Assembly: GCA_951406725.2 (NCBI GenBank)
Contig: OX597822.1
Location: 10,168,001-10,232,000 of the forward strand
Direction: 5' to 3'
Length of the DNA stretch: 64,000 nt
Source of the DNA: Octopus vulgaris
Taxonomy: Eukaryota
Part shown: positions 13,076 through 27,177 of the stretch, one piece after another
Position numbering within the stretch: the first letter of the stretch is position 1
How the letters are laid out: every line of letters starts with the position of its first letter
Program-made: the position numbers and the translations under genes
The notes under the pieces: model-generated
Databases searched by the model: none
What the model was told of the DNA's origin: nothing
What the model saw: the letters and a program-made list of their open reading frames with translations, nothing else

Positions 13076-13370
13076 CTAGCAGTATGGCCCGGCGTTACTC
13101 AGGTTTGTAAGGGAAATAACTATATAAGCATTTTTAGAGAGTTACTTCCCTTATATAAAACCGAGCGAAAAATGGATTAAAAATGCGGAAAAATGATGGT
13201 AAATTTTTTTTTAAATCGTAGACGCGCGCTAATACCCAGAAGGGCTCGATATGAATCATGACTATAAGATACCTGCTTTTGGTTAAACTGCACCGCAAAA
13301 TGTGGGAGTAGTTAGGAATCTAAATCGAAGGGGACAGACACTCACACAACTACAGTTTTATATATAAAGA
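13076..13370 (-). mobile_element. Non-autonomous Helitron
   Basis: 5' TC, 3' CTAG preceded by GC hairpin, inserted between A and T; homologous to 54590-54986 and 55721-56237. Confidence 0.85.
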
Positions 13371-13493
13371 TGTATATATATATACATATGCGTATATATA
13401 TACGCATATATACATTTGTATACAGATATATACACATGTAAATATAAATGTATATATGTATACGTATATGTATGCCGGTATGTATGCACACAC

Positions 13494-13536
<43 letters not shown>

Positions 13537-13560
13537 TATACATGCACACACACACGCACG

Positions 13561-13596
<36 letters not shown>

Positions 13597-14068
13597 AATA
13601 TACAGACAACTACATAAGTGTGTATGTGTGTATGTATATGTGTATATTTTAGTATGTCTTTTTGTGTGTGTCTGTAAAGAGTGTTGTGTGTAGAAATTGA
13701 AATTAAAGTATTGATTCCAAATGGTGTAGCATGAACTGAGTAAAAAAAGTAAACAAGGTGAGTAATTTGGAAAGAAAAAATAGTTTTCTATATTTTTTTT
13801 TTGTATTTCGTTATTTGACTAGGAGGTGGGGGGTATCACTCAAAATTGAACAGAATTGAATGGAAGTTTTGAATTAGCAATATAAATTTATTGAAGTACT
13901 GATTTATCGTGGGACCTCACTAAAAGTTCAAGTATTCATTTAGAAATGAAGTTTTATTAGTCCACTTCTCGGAGTAATTGGCATTAGCCATTTTAATGAG
14001 TTTGGTATGGGACGGAACTGCGAAAAGTGATTAAATGAAATTAATAGCAATATAGTTAGTTTTATATA

Positions 14069-14133
<65 letters not shown>

Positions 14134-15313
14134 TGAATTAATGTCCCTTTTGGGTTAGCCTTGGTTATAGAAAGCGTCACTGAAGAAAAGTTCGGATTCC
14201 AGTTAGTTTTATTCAAATTTATCTTTCGAAATAGCCGAACTGGCAGAATCGTTACAAAATAAATACATAGCGGTATTTCTTCCGGTTCTTCACGTACCAA
14301 GTTTATAACCCGATGAGGTTATCTTTTCCATTCATTCTTTCCCTAAAATGAAACACTGAGGTCGATGTAATCGACTAACTTTCCTCACCCCAAACTTCAG
14401 GCTATATTCTTATAAGAAAAGCGATTATAATTTCATTTTCGATTCTAGTGTGTTTAAGGAAGACGTGAACGCTAAAACTCTCTCTTTTCTTCAAACATTT
14501 CCTAACGATTAACTTCATCTTTACAGATGACCAACAATTTCGGGAGTGGAAGTAAGTTGATCACATCGACCCTACTACTCTACTGGTTCGTGTCTTATCG
14601 ACTCCTGAAGGGTATGAAAGAAAAATCGACCTCGGCAAGAACGTAAAGACGGGCGAAATACTTTTAAGCATTTTGGCCGGCGTGCTACCGATTCCACCAG
14701 CACATCGACTTATCTATATAGCTCATTAGCAATTACATTTATCCCACTTTTCAATTGGTTTCATTTGCAATCATCTTCAGAATATCAAAAGATCCTCTTA
14801 AGAAAAGAAAAATGAATATTTTGTCGAATTTTGGCGCAAACCCAGAAAATTTCAGGAGAGTGGTACTTAACTGACACTTTATTTTATCAGCCCCGAAAAG
14901 ATAAGAGGCAAAGCTGCTTGGTGAACTTTGAACATAAAACGTAAAGAGCTGGAATGAATACCGCTTAGAATTTTGTCCGATTCTTTGAGTCCGCTGTCAT
15001 AATAGAAAAAGAAATATTAATAATGATTATACTAATAACTCAATTAATTTCAAGCATGTTGATAGTGTATAGAATGAATATTTTGCATTAATTTATGAGG
15101 CAAAATAAATTATACTTAACTGTATGTAATTCGTGATATAGCCATGATGGTCACGACGGTGACGTCTTTAATCAGAGATTTGCAGTCACTCAATCTCTAT
15201 AGGTTATAAGTAGAAGACACTTGCCCAAAGAACCCGGAACAATGTGGTTGGGAAGCAAGGTTCTTACCACTGAAAGGATCATACTTCTAATACAAAATAC
15301 AAATATTTATCTA

Positions 15314-15477
15314 TAAATGTAATATGTGACAATTATTCGGTAGTCATGATAAAACTCCGAGTTTTGGATGCCGAGGTGGCCGGATAACTAAAGAGATGGC
15401 GGCATGGATTTCCACCTCGGCATCCGAAACTCAGAGTTTTATCATGGCTACCGAATAATTGTCACATATTACATTTA
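15314..15477 (+). mobile_element. Fold-back element (66-bp arms) with a degenerate HHR at 15383-15443
   Basis: Arms 15314-15379 and 15412-15477; same family as 32960-33072 and a fragment at ~52956-52991. Confidence 0.7.
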
Positions 15478-15543
15478 CATATATATATATACACATATAC
15501 ACAAACAAAATTCTTAGGAATTTACGAAATTACAATAATTTCA

Positions 15544-15578
15544 ATGTCATCGTTAGCGAAAGCGAAACCGGTCGACAT
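15544..15578 (+). ncRNA. Minimal HHR-like fold with aberrant core
   Basis: atgtc ATCGTTA gc gaaa gc GAAA ccgg TC gacat. Confidence 0.45.
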
Positions 15579-15831
15579 ATAAAATACTCCTTCACTTATA
15601 GAATATATAAAAAAAATCTATTACAACTATGTAAACTGTGTGAATTTTCCACCTTTAATTTCATAAATCGTGCTGATTTATGGCAGCTTATCTTTCGACT
15701 TATTTTAGAACATGGTTGAGTCCATAAAATATGATTTGATTATACCTCCATTTAGAGCACAGATTAAGCTATCTTTTCGTGGAAGAAGGTTTATATTCCT
15801 ATAACCTGTGTTAATTCTGTAACCCTTTAAA

Positions 15832-16847
15832 ATGGAAGATAAGAAAGTTCATTTTCGGTACTTCATGCTTTTCTTTTTCCGTAAAGTATAAAATGCCTCA
15901 CAAGCAACCAAAGAAATATGCGCAGCTCACAGTGATGTTTCTTTATCTGAAAGAACTGCACGGAAGTGGTTCGCAAGGTTCAGAGCTGGAGATTGTAGCC
16001 TTATTGATAAAGAGCGATCAGGCAGACCATCCATTACAGATGATGACCAAATCAATTCATTAATTGAGAATAACCCACATTGCACAACCCGAGAATTCGC
16101 AGAAAGCCTCAACCTATAAAAATCCGTTGTTGATGAGCACCTGGTACACAAATCGCTACAACGTTTGGATACCACATGAGTTGAATGAAAAGAACCTATA
16201 GGGGGCATTTCCATCTGTGATTCGCTTTATAAACGGAATGAAAATGCGCCTTTTTTAAAGCAAATTGTGACAGGTGATGAGAAATGGATTATCTGCCGAA
16301 ATGTTCAGAGAAAGCAATCCTGGAGTAAGTGACACGAGCAACCCTTAGCCACCCCAAAAGCGGGTCTTCACCGTAAAAAATCTTGCTTTGTGTCTGGTGG
16401 GATTGGAAAGAAATTCTGTACTATGAGCTTCTCCCAAGTAACCAGACAATTAATTCTGAGAAATACTGCAAACAACTGGACGAGTTAAAAGCAGCAATTC
16501 AAGAGAAACGTCCAGAATTGGATAACAGGAAGGGTGTTGTTTTCCAACATGATATTGCAAGACCGCACGTTTCTTTGAGAACCAGAAAAAAATTGCTGCA
16601 GCTCGGCTGGGATGTGCTACTCCACCCTCCATATTCACCAGACATTGCTCCTTCGGATTTCTACTTATTCAGGTCTCTGCAGAATAGTCTTAATGGTAAA
16701 AATTTCAGTTCCTTGGATGACGTAAAAAGATACCTTGATGAATTCTTTGCCATGAAACTACCTCAATTCTAGGAAGAGGGTATTTTGAAGTTAACGGAAA
16801 CATGGAGACGCATTGCGCAACAAAATGGCTCATATTTGGTTGATTAA
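15832..16847 (+). pseudogene. Mariner (mellifera-like, DD34D) transposase pseudogene, near full length
   Basis: MEDKKVHFRYFMLF start, IVTGDEKW, LCVWWDWK, FQHDIARPH, HPPYSPDIAPSDFYLF; frameshifts and stops; putative right TIR near 16890-16921. Confidence 0.9.
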
Positions 16848-17484
16848 AAATGTAATGGCAACTATTTATTGACCTTTTTCTTTCCTTTAAAAACCGGCAG
16901 GAAATTTCCGGACTACTCAATGTATATATATATATGCATATATATAAATACATACACGTTTGTGTATGAGCCTGTGTACTCTTTAACTCTTTCGTTCTTT
17001 TACTTTACATGTTACTTACGCATATGTGTGACTGTGCGTGTGTGTGTAACGATATCGGAACGTTTATATTTAATATATATATCAAATTAATTTTACAGTG
17101 GTGACAGACATATGAATAAGGAATTATCGCACTATGATAGGTTTCGAGAAGCAATATCCTGCTGTCTGATCCTGTCCAGCAAGGAAAAGGAAGTTGACAG
17201 CAGCAGCAGCAGCAGCAACAACAACAACAACAACAACAACAACTGCCTTAATTAAACTAATAATTTTATTAATGAGAGGCTACTTGTATCACCATTAATT
17301 TCCTATATACGTTTAGAAATCCATCAGCAGGCTTGTAGGTATACGTACATATAGACATACAAACATACATACATGCAAGAAACAGGTAACTCTAAAATTT
17401 TAAACAGTTTAATACTTAAGTGATCACTGAAACGTTCTCTCAGAGGCTGCTTTTGCAAACCTATGCAAGTCTTTCTACATCTGA

Positions 17485-17890
17485 GGCGCAGGCGTGGCTG
17501 TGGGGTAAGATGCTTGCTTCCCAATCACATGGATGTATATTCAGTCCTACTGCCTGGTTCCTTGAGCAAGTGTCTTCTACTATAGCCCCGGGCCGACTAA
17601 AGCCTTGTGTGTGAATTTGGTAGACGGAAACTGATGAAATCTCGTCGTATGTGTGTGTGTGTTTGTGTCTGTGTTTGTTCCTCCTTCTACCATCGTTTAG
17701 AAACCGATGTTGGTGTGTTTATGTCCTCATAACTTAGCTGTCTGGCAAAAGGAAGTGATACAATTTGTACTAGGCTTACAAAGAATAAGCCCTGGGGTCG
17801 ATTTCTTCGACTAAAAAACCCGTTTAAGCCAGTTCTCCAACATGGCCGTGGGCTAATGACTGAAACAAATAAAAGAATAAAAGAATAAAA
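17485..17890 (+). mobile_element. SINE family B
   Basis: Full-length diverged match to 40286-40729. Confidence 0.85.
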
Positions 17891-18231
17891 GTGTACGCAT
17901 GAAAAACAAAAAGGATTTTTGAAAGAAGTAATTATAAAACTAGCTTTTGAACACTGAATGGCTATGAGGGTCCTTCAGAATAAAATGGTAATCAAAAGGG
18001 TTCATGAGTAACAAATGGTTGAAAATCACTGGCCTAGTCTGAATCCTGTATTTTCCGTTTTTTGTCATTCTCTTATTATTTGTTCTCAATTTTGAAAGTC
18101 AAGTCCAAAATAATCTTTTCTTAGCACGGTTCTTTACGTCAGATAACGAGAGGCTGCATAGAAGTACATATGTAGCCACGCTAATAAAATGGCGTCGATC
18201 ATAGTGCAGATGTAGCGTTACTTTAAATACC

Positions 18232-18463
18232 TATTTCTTTATTACCCACAAGGGGCTAAACACAGAGGGGACAAACAAGGACAGACATAGGTATTAAGTC
18301 GATTATATCGACCCCAGTGCGTAACTGGTACTTAATTTATCGACCCCAAAAGGATGAAAGGCAAAGTCGACCTCGGCGGAATTTGAACTCACAACGTAAC
18401 GCAGACGAAATACCGTAAAGCATTTCACCCGGCGCGCTAACGTTTCTGCCAGCTCGCCGCCTT
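18232..18463 (-). mobile_element. SINE family A
   Basis: Close match to 7588-7817. Confidence 0.85.
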
Positions 18464-19300
18464 ACCGATCGGTTGTGGCATATGTACATGTGTCTTTCGT
18501 TCATTTGTTCTTTTATTCTAGTTTCAGCACAAGAGCTTCTGCCTGCTACATACTTATTACAAGAGAACCTCCTCTGATATGCGGCATTTAATGAATGAGG
18601 GAGTTTGGTGTTGTTGCTGTCATTTGCGTTTCATCCTGCGAAGTAAGTTTATCTAGATCTCTTGAAAGGAGGAGATCCAATTTTATTTCTGAAGACACCT
18701 ACATCCATACCATTTAGGTTTTGCAAATGTTACTGAAGATGGCTGTCTCCAAGCCAAGGAGTACATAGTAAGTCCTAATGTTACTCTATCAACTACAATG
18801 AATCTGATAGTGTGTATTTTTTTACAGTGGGGGAGTGAATTGGCTAAGTAAGCTTTGTGAGTTACTCGTGCAGCCTACAGAGGCGAATTCCTGAATGTGA
18901 GTTGTGTAAGTATGAATTAGTGAGTGGGTATAAGTTGTAGCCTTTTTCTGCTGCCCTGAGTTATCTTTAGGGGTGTCTACATTCGATACAATGCTCTGAT
19001 TTAAGGTACTTCTCTCCCTTCCAACAGTCTCGGGGGCCCTGTAAACGGTCACAGCCGTTGATTTTCCTCTTGACTAAAAGTATCACAAGCACTCACAGAA
19101 ACACACACACATACCCACAGACACACGCAATACATGTGTCTGTGTGTGTCTGTGTGTGTGTGTATGTATGTATATATAAATATAGGTTTATATGCATTTG
19201 TGTTCTCACACACACGCATGCATATATATTCATATAAATGTATGCATATATGTATATATATATGTATATATATATATGTATATGTATATGTATATATGTA

Positions 19301-19345
<45 letters not shown>

Positions 19346-19727
19346 ATATATACAGAAGGAGAGAGAGAGATGCATATGTAAATATGGAGAGTGAAGGAAA
19401 GGGAGAGGGGGAGAGAGACAGAGAAAGAGAGAGGAGATGAGGAAAAGATCTAGAATGCCTGTACATACTGACGATTTTATATCACCCAGTCATTCGCCCA
19501 TTTCTCAAAGATGCTGTCGCAGACTTCAGCAACGCCAAAATACCTCTACCGTGAGTAGCAATGGATCTATGGTTCAGTAGATATTAAGTATTTAGTAACC
19601 TCTTATCATTAAGACCCTTTTACAGGCAACATCCTGTCGCCATATTGACGTTGCAAACCCCTATTTCTCATTCTGCCATGGTGAAGAAAAAGAAATCCGA
19701 TAAAGCTCCAATGTAATATTTACATCC

Positions 19728-19816
<89 letters not shown>

Positions 19817-19952
19817 GTATAATCATATATGCATGTATATATGTTATTCGATAAAGAAGGAAAACGTTGGAGAGAACCGAATATAACTCAAATAAATTAA
19901 GATTTGATAAGACTCAGCAGCAATAAAAACACTTTTGTATAAATGGATTCCT

Positions 19953-19997
<45 letters not shown>

Positions 19998-20260
19998 AAA
20001 CACAAGTACACACATAGACGCACACACACAGACGCACATATACCTCTCCCAAACACACTCAAATATGATTGCTGTCAAATCATACCCTCGTATATCTACT
20101 TACGAGAGTTTTGAGGTTCATTTCATCTGACCTCAAATGTGACCTCTCATGTGACCTCTAAGATGACGTTATATCTCTGAGAGCGATCACTCGACTTTTC
20201 TTTTTCTGAACACAATAACTCATTAATCGATACTATATATATATATTATTATTATCCTCA

Positions 20261-20324
<64 letters not shown>

Positions 20325-20568
20325 CATCATCATCAGAATTATAAGGGAATATTAATTCCAAGTACACAGGGAAAAGATATTCAAATTAGATGTACTAAAA
20401 TGAACATCTCTCAATGTTTAATTCGTATATATAAAAGTAATTTTAGAGACAGAACCGCCTTCAACTCAATCAACACTGAAAGGTTTTATACCCGACCACT
20501 CCATAAAATTTAAAACATTAAATCTTATACTAACTATATCTATCCTGAATCCTGTATTTTCCGTTTAT

Positions 20569-20670
20569 AAGACTACACGTGTTTCATGAAAGTACGTCAG
20601 TATTGATTAGAAACGAGGTATCTAGTTTCAATACTTACTCGTGTTGACATACTCCCAATCTTCAGGTCTT
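20569..20670 (-). ncRNA. Type I hammerhead ribozyme with long stem II
   Basis: Minus strand: aagac CTGAAGA ttgggagta..gtaagtattga..tcaatactgac..tactttcat GAAA cacgtg TA gtctt. Confidence 0.75.
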
Positions 20671-20910
20671 GATTCCTCAACATTTTTCACTACCCCTATC
20701 ACTTATATACTTCCATGATACTCTATATCTTCAATATAATCTAACTTAACATGTACAAATGAATAGAAATACAAATAATAAATAAAAATAATAACTGAAT
20801 ATTAAAAATTTAAGGAGTAAAAATATAAAGAATAAAAATAAAATTGAAAATTTAAGGAATAAAACCCAAGGAAAAAAACATTTAAGGAAAAATTTTAAAG
20901 AGAAAAAAAA

Positions 20911-21041
20911 GGAGTCCTTTCTGTAATATGGACACATATTTATCTGAGTTAATGTTCCCCTCACAATGCACCAACCTTTGCTCCAAATTGCTTCTCAGAC
21001 CATTACAGAATAGCTGCCGCGTTTCATTGTTGGCTGCAATC
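20911..21041 (-). mobile_element. Tc1-like transposon fragment
   Basis: Matches 62262-62401. Confidence 0.65.
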
Positions 21042-21140
21042 TGTATGTATGTGTGTATGTTCTCTTCTATTTTTAATTATTTAAATTTTTCCGCTGAGAA
21101 AGGAGCTGATTTCTGACAAAGATACACAACTTCGGCGTTG

Positions 21141-21547
21141 ACATCATCATCATCATCATCATCATCAGCCATCATTTTAAATCCAGGTTTTGTCCCCGTG
21201 AACGGGGATAGCCGGATGCCATAGCAACCACCCTCACATCATCTCGCCCGGTTTTGGGCGTCCTCCCTTCTCAAGCCAACCCTCCCAATCTCTTCCTCCA
21301 CCTCTCCCCTCCACATTTTCCTCGCTCTACCTCACTTTCGCTGTCCATATACCTAAAAATCTAGCACCCTTTTCAAAACATACGTCTTCCCCCCTCCTCA
21401 ACACATGCCCATACCACCTCACTCCATTCGCCCTTACCAGCCGTTCCACTCATTCCTCCAACCCAGCATCCCCATCAAGTCCTCAGTCCTCCTCTTATGA
21501 AACAGCCTCACGCCACACATTTCTCTCACCATTGCTCAAAACTGCCA

Positions 21548-21600
<53 letters not shown>

Positions 21601-21730
21601 CACCATGTCTCACTCCCATACAGCATTGCTGCTCTCACACAACTCCTGTAGACCTTTCCTTTCGTCTTTAATGGGAACATTTCCCCATATAATAATGCCC
21701 CACATTCCCTGAATGCAGATAGCAAATGCA
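21141..21730 (-). mobile_element. RTE-clade LINE 3' end with (GAT)n tail
   Basis: KTKGKVYRSCVRAAMLYGSETW and VRWYGHVLRR motifs. Confidence 0.8.
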
Positions 21731-21924
21731 ATGTCACATTTTAAACTTGAGAAAACTCTTGCAAGTTTTCACTGTTCCATTTATTCGTAATGTGCGAGTT
21801 GGTTGGTTTCTTTTTCTGAAATCCCTAACTTACCCGGGTTGTCACTTAGGTATTTACTCACAAAACCAAGAGCACCAATTATTGTTGGTGTATGTATGCA
21901 TGTATGTATGTACGTACGTATGCC

Positions 21925-22020
<96 letters not shown>

Positions 22021-22674
22021 CCTATCTATCTATCCATTTATCTATCTATATTTATAATTCTATATATACACATATAATATAACCATAAAAGCACCTAATA
22101 AAAAATAGCTACACGTGATGTTTTAGTGGTTTTAGTATATACTTACCAGCATTCTCTAGCGGAATCATTTGTACATTGAATTCATAATTAACATAAATAT
22201 ATATTAATTAAAAATTTCATATATAAATAAATGATAAAAAATTAAGAAGTATATAAAATATAAAAATGCAAAACCCCCAAAATCCAAAATATTAACGTTA
22301 GTTGTTTTGATTAACATCATCACTATTGTTCAAAATATCATTGGAGCATGTTGAAAGTGATTAAATAATTTAAATATGTAAGAAAGGATTTAAAATATAA
22401 TTACTTAATCCTTTGCGTGTCCAAAGCGTTTTTTTATAATTTTGATCTAAGTACCCATGCTTGTTTTTAGACTTTTAATTAGCCCGTGTTTCATACGTTC
22501 TGGGTAATCTAAAGCTTTCCTCTCACAAAAACCCAAGATGCTCAAAAGAAATTGGTAACATGTCTGATATATGATGCACGGACTCCAGGGAAATAGGTTC
22601 AGTGTTTCACATGTATTGCACAGGATAAGTAAATGGTTAAATTTTAATACTTTATAATGATAATTATTTCTACA

Positions 22675-22862
22675 CTTTTTGGGGAAGGGGGCTAGTCGTT
22701 TACATCGATCCCAGTGCATAACTGGTACTTATTTTATCGACACCCAAAAGGATGAAAAGCAACGTCGAGCTCGGTGGAATTTGAACACAGAACATGAGGA
22801 CAAGAGAAATACCGCTAAATATTTCACCCGCCGTGCTAACAATTCTGCCAGCTCGCCGCCTT
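22675..22862 (-). mobile_element. SINE family A
   Basis: Match to 7588-7817. Confidence 0.8.
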
Positions 22863-22945
22863 CAATTCTATGTAATATTAATAATAATAACAACAACAAC
22901 AACAACAACAACAACAATAATAATAATAATAATAATAATAACAAC

Positions 22946-22986
<41 letters not shown>

Positions 22987-22988
22987 TA

Positions 22989-23059
<71 letters not shown>

Positions 23060-23069
23060 AATAAAATTA

Positions 23070-23595
23070 TTTTATTCTTTCATTTGTACTGGATTTTAGT
23101 CGAACAAATCGAACCCAGGACTTATTTTAACAGTTCTTTTTGTCGAACCGCCAAGTTACAGGAATCTAAACACATCAACACCGGTTGTCAAACGGTGATA
23201 GGGGTGCAATTATAGACACACGCAACCCCCTCCCCCCACATATATATATAAAGGGGAGTAAATGTAAGGACAAGCAAGTTAGGCAGGTCAATAACCCGAC
23301 CAAGTTTAAACCTCTTGAACACTACTAAGTGTATTCTATAGGGAGAATATCTGATTCTCATCTATGAAATATATATATATATATATATTTATAAACAAAC
23401 ACACGCACACAGACACGCATAGACACACATACACACACACATACGGCGTGCTTCTTTCAGTTTTTGTATACCAAATCAACTCACAAGTGTTTGGTCGGCC
23501 CGAGGCTATAGCAGAAAACGCATGACCAAGATGGCATGCAATGGGACTGAACCTGCAACCATATGGTTGGGGAGGTAGCATCTTACCACTCAGTC
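23070..23595 (-). mobile_element. SINE family B with an unrelated ~115-bp insert in its (TA)n tract
   Basis: Both halves match family B; 23251-23367 is unrelated sequence between TA runs. Confidence 0.7.
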
Positions 23596-24119
23596 ACCCC
23601 TTTGAAATGATTTGAAATGATTTGGGGAAAAAGATTTTTAAAACTTTTGCATAGGGAAAGGAAAATATAATCATCACTTACAATTTATATCATTATTATA
23701 ATAAATTCTCGGGGCACAATTAAAAATTATTGCTCATAACTCACTTATAATTTAAGTTATAACATATCTCGTTGATAATAGTAGCGCACTGAGAATTTAT
23801 GAAAGAAATATTTATCCAGATATCGTTTGTCCAAACATTGTTAAATTGTCAGATTTTTGTGACGGAAATACAACAGAAACGTAATTCATAATTTAGTTTG
23901 TAAAGAGAGTTAAATAGTAGTAAACAGGAAAGCTCACAAGAGGGATTATAGTAAGCTGTTAGTAATTGTGGAGATAACAACGTTACTATTGCTTTGATTG
24001 GTCCAGGAGGTCCAAGTCAGGGGTATCTGACATTTAAGTCTGGACGACTGTTCTTTACTAATGATTAATAATCTCTTCTTTTGGAATAATCTTTTCTATT
24101 AGAGATGCAAAGGTAGAGA

Positions 24120-24283
24120 TTTTGGAGGACAGAGCTAGTCGATTACATCAACCCCGTTGGTCAACTGTTACTGATGAAAGGCAAAGTCAATACCAGTGGA
24201 ATTTGAACTCAGAACGTATAGCCGTAAGAAACGCCACCAAGCATTTTGGCCGGCGTGCTTAACGATTCTGCCAGCTCACCACC
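24120..24283 (-). mobile_element. SINE family A, diverged
   Basis: ggaatttgaactcagaacgta and gattctgccagctcacc. Confidence 0.7.
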
Positions 24284-24424
24284 ATTACTACATTCCATAA
24301 ATTCCACATCCAGTATAGTATCTAGCATACTACTGTAGTTAATAGCATTATTGGTTATGATTAGTATTATGATTAGTACTACTGGAACATCTAATAGTCT
24401 AGCTGGACTATTTCTTTCCCCCAT

Positions 24425-24550
24425 GTAAGTGAAAAACTAGATGGAAAAATAGTACCCGAATATCAAAGTTGGAGTATTCATCACAACCGTCCGTCAAACG
24501 GGAACGTGAAATTCTGAGTAACAATTCTATGATAATTTTGCAGCTTTAAT
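24425..24550 (+). mobile_element. Degenerate HHR-bearing repeat with inverted 3' segment
   Basis: 24485-24526 homologous to the HHR at 34990-35035; 24440-24477 is the reverse complement of that family's downstream part (35069-35105). Confidence 0.6.
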
Positions 24551-24575
24551 AATAATAACCATAATAACCATAATA

Positions 24576-24606
<31 letters not shown>

Positions 24607-24647
24607 TTGTAATAGAAATAATAATAATTATACATATGTGTGTGTGC

Positions 24648-24712
<65 letters not shown>

Positions 24713-24825
24713 TATATACATATATATATACATATATACGTAATAATATATATATGTGTGTATATATACATTTCTCTCTCTCTCTCATATATACGTAATA
24801 ATATATATATGTGTGTATATATACA

Positions 24826-24871
<46 letters not shown>

Positions 24872-25025
24872 GGGATTGAGAGAGAGAGAGCGAGAAAGAC
24901 AGACAGAGAGCGAACGATATCATTGACTTAGTGCGTAGGAGTGAGGACACCAGCATTTTCACTCACAAGTTACCGTAATCTGATGCTTCACCACTATTTT
25001 TATCACACATCCAAACTGAAGCAAA

Positions 25026-25094
<69 letters not shown>

Positions 25095-25780
25095 GTATAC
25101 TCTCACAGGGTCAGGCAGACATACTTCAAGGGCCATAGACATAAGTTCAGAGCAATACGTTAAGCTCATATATTCTCAGTAATGGAGGCGATTTTAACTT
25201 ACATGATGGCTTCATTGAAAAATGGTCGCACAGCCACCTCATTTGTACCATGTGTCGGAAACACGATCATATTACCCATCATCAGGGAATTCCGGTTGCG
25301 CTCTATGTTTACATTTGTGTGTATATTGTTTCTGTTTCGTACTTTTTAATTTCGTATGCTTCATGTTGATTTTATGATTAGTAACTGTGGTTGCTGTTGT
25401 TGTTGTTGTTGTTGTTGTTGTTTTTAGTGGTCGTTGTTGATAGGGATGATTGTGTTGGTGGCTGTGATAGGTTTTCCTTTCTACTCCTTTCCTCTCTACT
25501 TTCCTTCTCTCTTTCGTCTGACTTCCGCTCTGTCCTGAGATAATCATCAACATTTTAGATTACAGCTAAGATTAATCCATCTGTTAAGAATTCTTACCTT
25601 CCATGTATTTATATATATATATAATGCGTGTGTGTATATATATGTATATATATATATATACATACATATATATATATATATGTATGTATATATATAAATA
25701 CATATATACATATATACGTATACATACACGTATGTATGCATGTCCGTGAGTATGTACGTATATTTCTCTTTGCCTCCCCC

Positions 25781-25840
<60 letters not shown>

Positions 25841-25887
25841 TATATATATACATATATACATACATATATCTATCTATCTATCATCTA

Positions 25888-25938
<51 letters not shown>

Positions 25939-26116
25939 ATATGTATATATGTATATGTATGTGACGAAATACATATATAAATCCATAATTATGAGTGCGT
26001 GTATTCAATTAAATACATATTTATACATATAAACCATACAAACATGTTACAGTCGTTCCTTTTAACATAAATATATACACACAAATTTATATACATATAG
26101 ATATACACATATATTT

Positions 26117-26172
<56 letters not shown>

Positions 26173-26205
26173 TGACATATATTTACATATATATACGCAC
26201 CCCCC

Positions 26206-26241
<36 letters not shown>

Positions 26242-26869
26242 TCATATACACTTACACAAGCTCAAACACACTCATACGCTCGTCAAACACCTATTTACTA
26301 TACTTAAACTAAAAACCTGTAGAATTATCACATCACACATATGTGGTCGTTTAACGAGAAACTTCCATTCGGAACTGCTAACTTCATACTACTGTGTCCG
26401 GAATTCGATACCTCACATCTCCAAAGCCTAGACTCTTATACAACTTTATTTCCGCTTTATCCTCTCCTATCTTATCGCCCGCTTTCATCATTTTTATAAG
26501 ATTGAAGTTTTGTGAACCAGTATATTTTTTTATCTCCTGATATATTTGTTTGTTCTACCTAATTGCCTCAAGATCGGTCAGTTTAATCTCTTAAACATTA
26601 TCAAAAAATCTTAAAGGTTTAAGAATCACGCCTTACTTTTGAAATATAAGATATGAGCAGATCAAGTTTTGCAAATCCCGTTGCCAGTTGCTGTTAACTA
26701 GAGTAATGTCATAGTATTAAATATGCGAGAGGCTTGGCTGCGTGGTTAAGGAGTTAAAAAGTTCTCTCTGCAACTATCCGTGAGTTCCGGGACCGATCCT
26801 CAGTGCGCGGGACTTTTTTTTGATTTTTAATATTTTAACTTTTGCCTCAGAATGACAAATGTTATATTC

Positions 26870-27177
26870 TTTTATTCATTTGGTTGCGGCCATGCTGCAG
26901 CACTACCTTAAGGGTTTTGGTCGAAGAAATCGATCCAAGACTTATTCTATTTTGCCAAACCGCTAATTTAATGGGACGTAACAACACCAACATCGGTCGT
27001 CAAGCGATGGTGGTGGAGAAATAGACACAAACACACAAATACACACACACGAAAATATGTTGATACGACGGGCTTCTTTCAGTTTCCGTCAACAAATCCA
27101 TTCACAAGGCTTTGGTTGTCCCGAGGCTATAGTAGAAGACACTTTCACAAGTTGCCACGCAGTGAGACTGAACCCGG
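26870..27177 (-). mobile_element. SINE family B, diverged
   Basis: gggcttctttcagtttccgtc, gctatagtagaagacact. Confidence 0.75.

Noticed and set aside
22475-22555. Minus-strand HHR-like arrangement ending GAAA cacgg
   Set aside because: Core and cleavage site too degenerate
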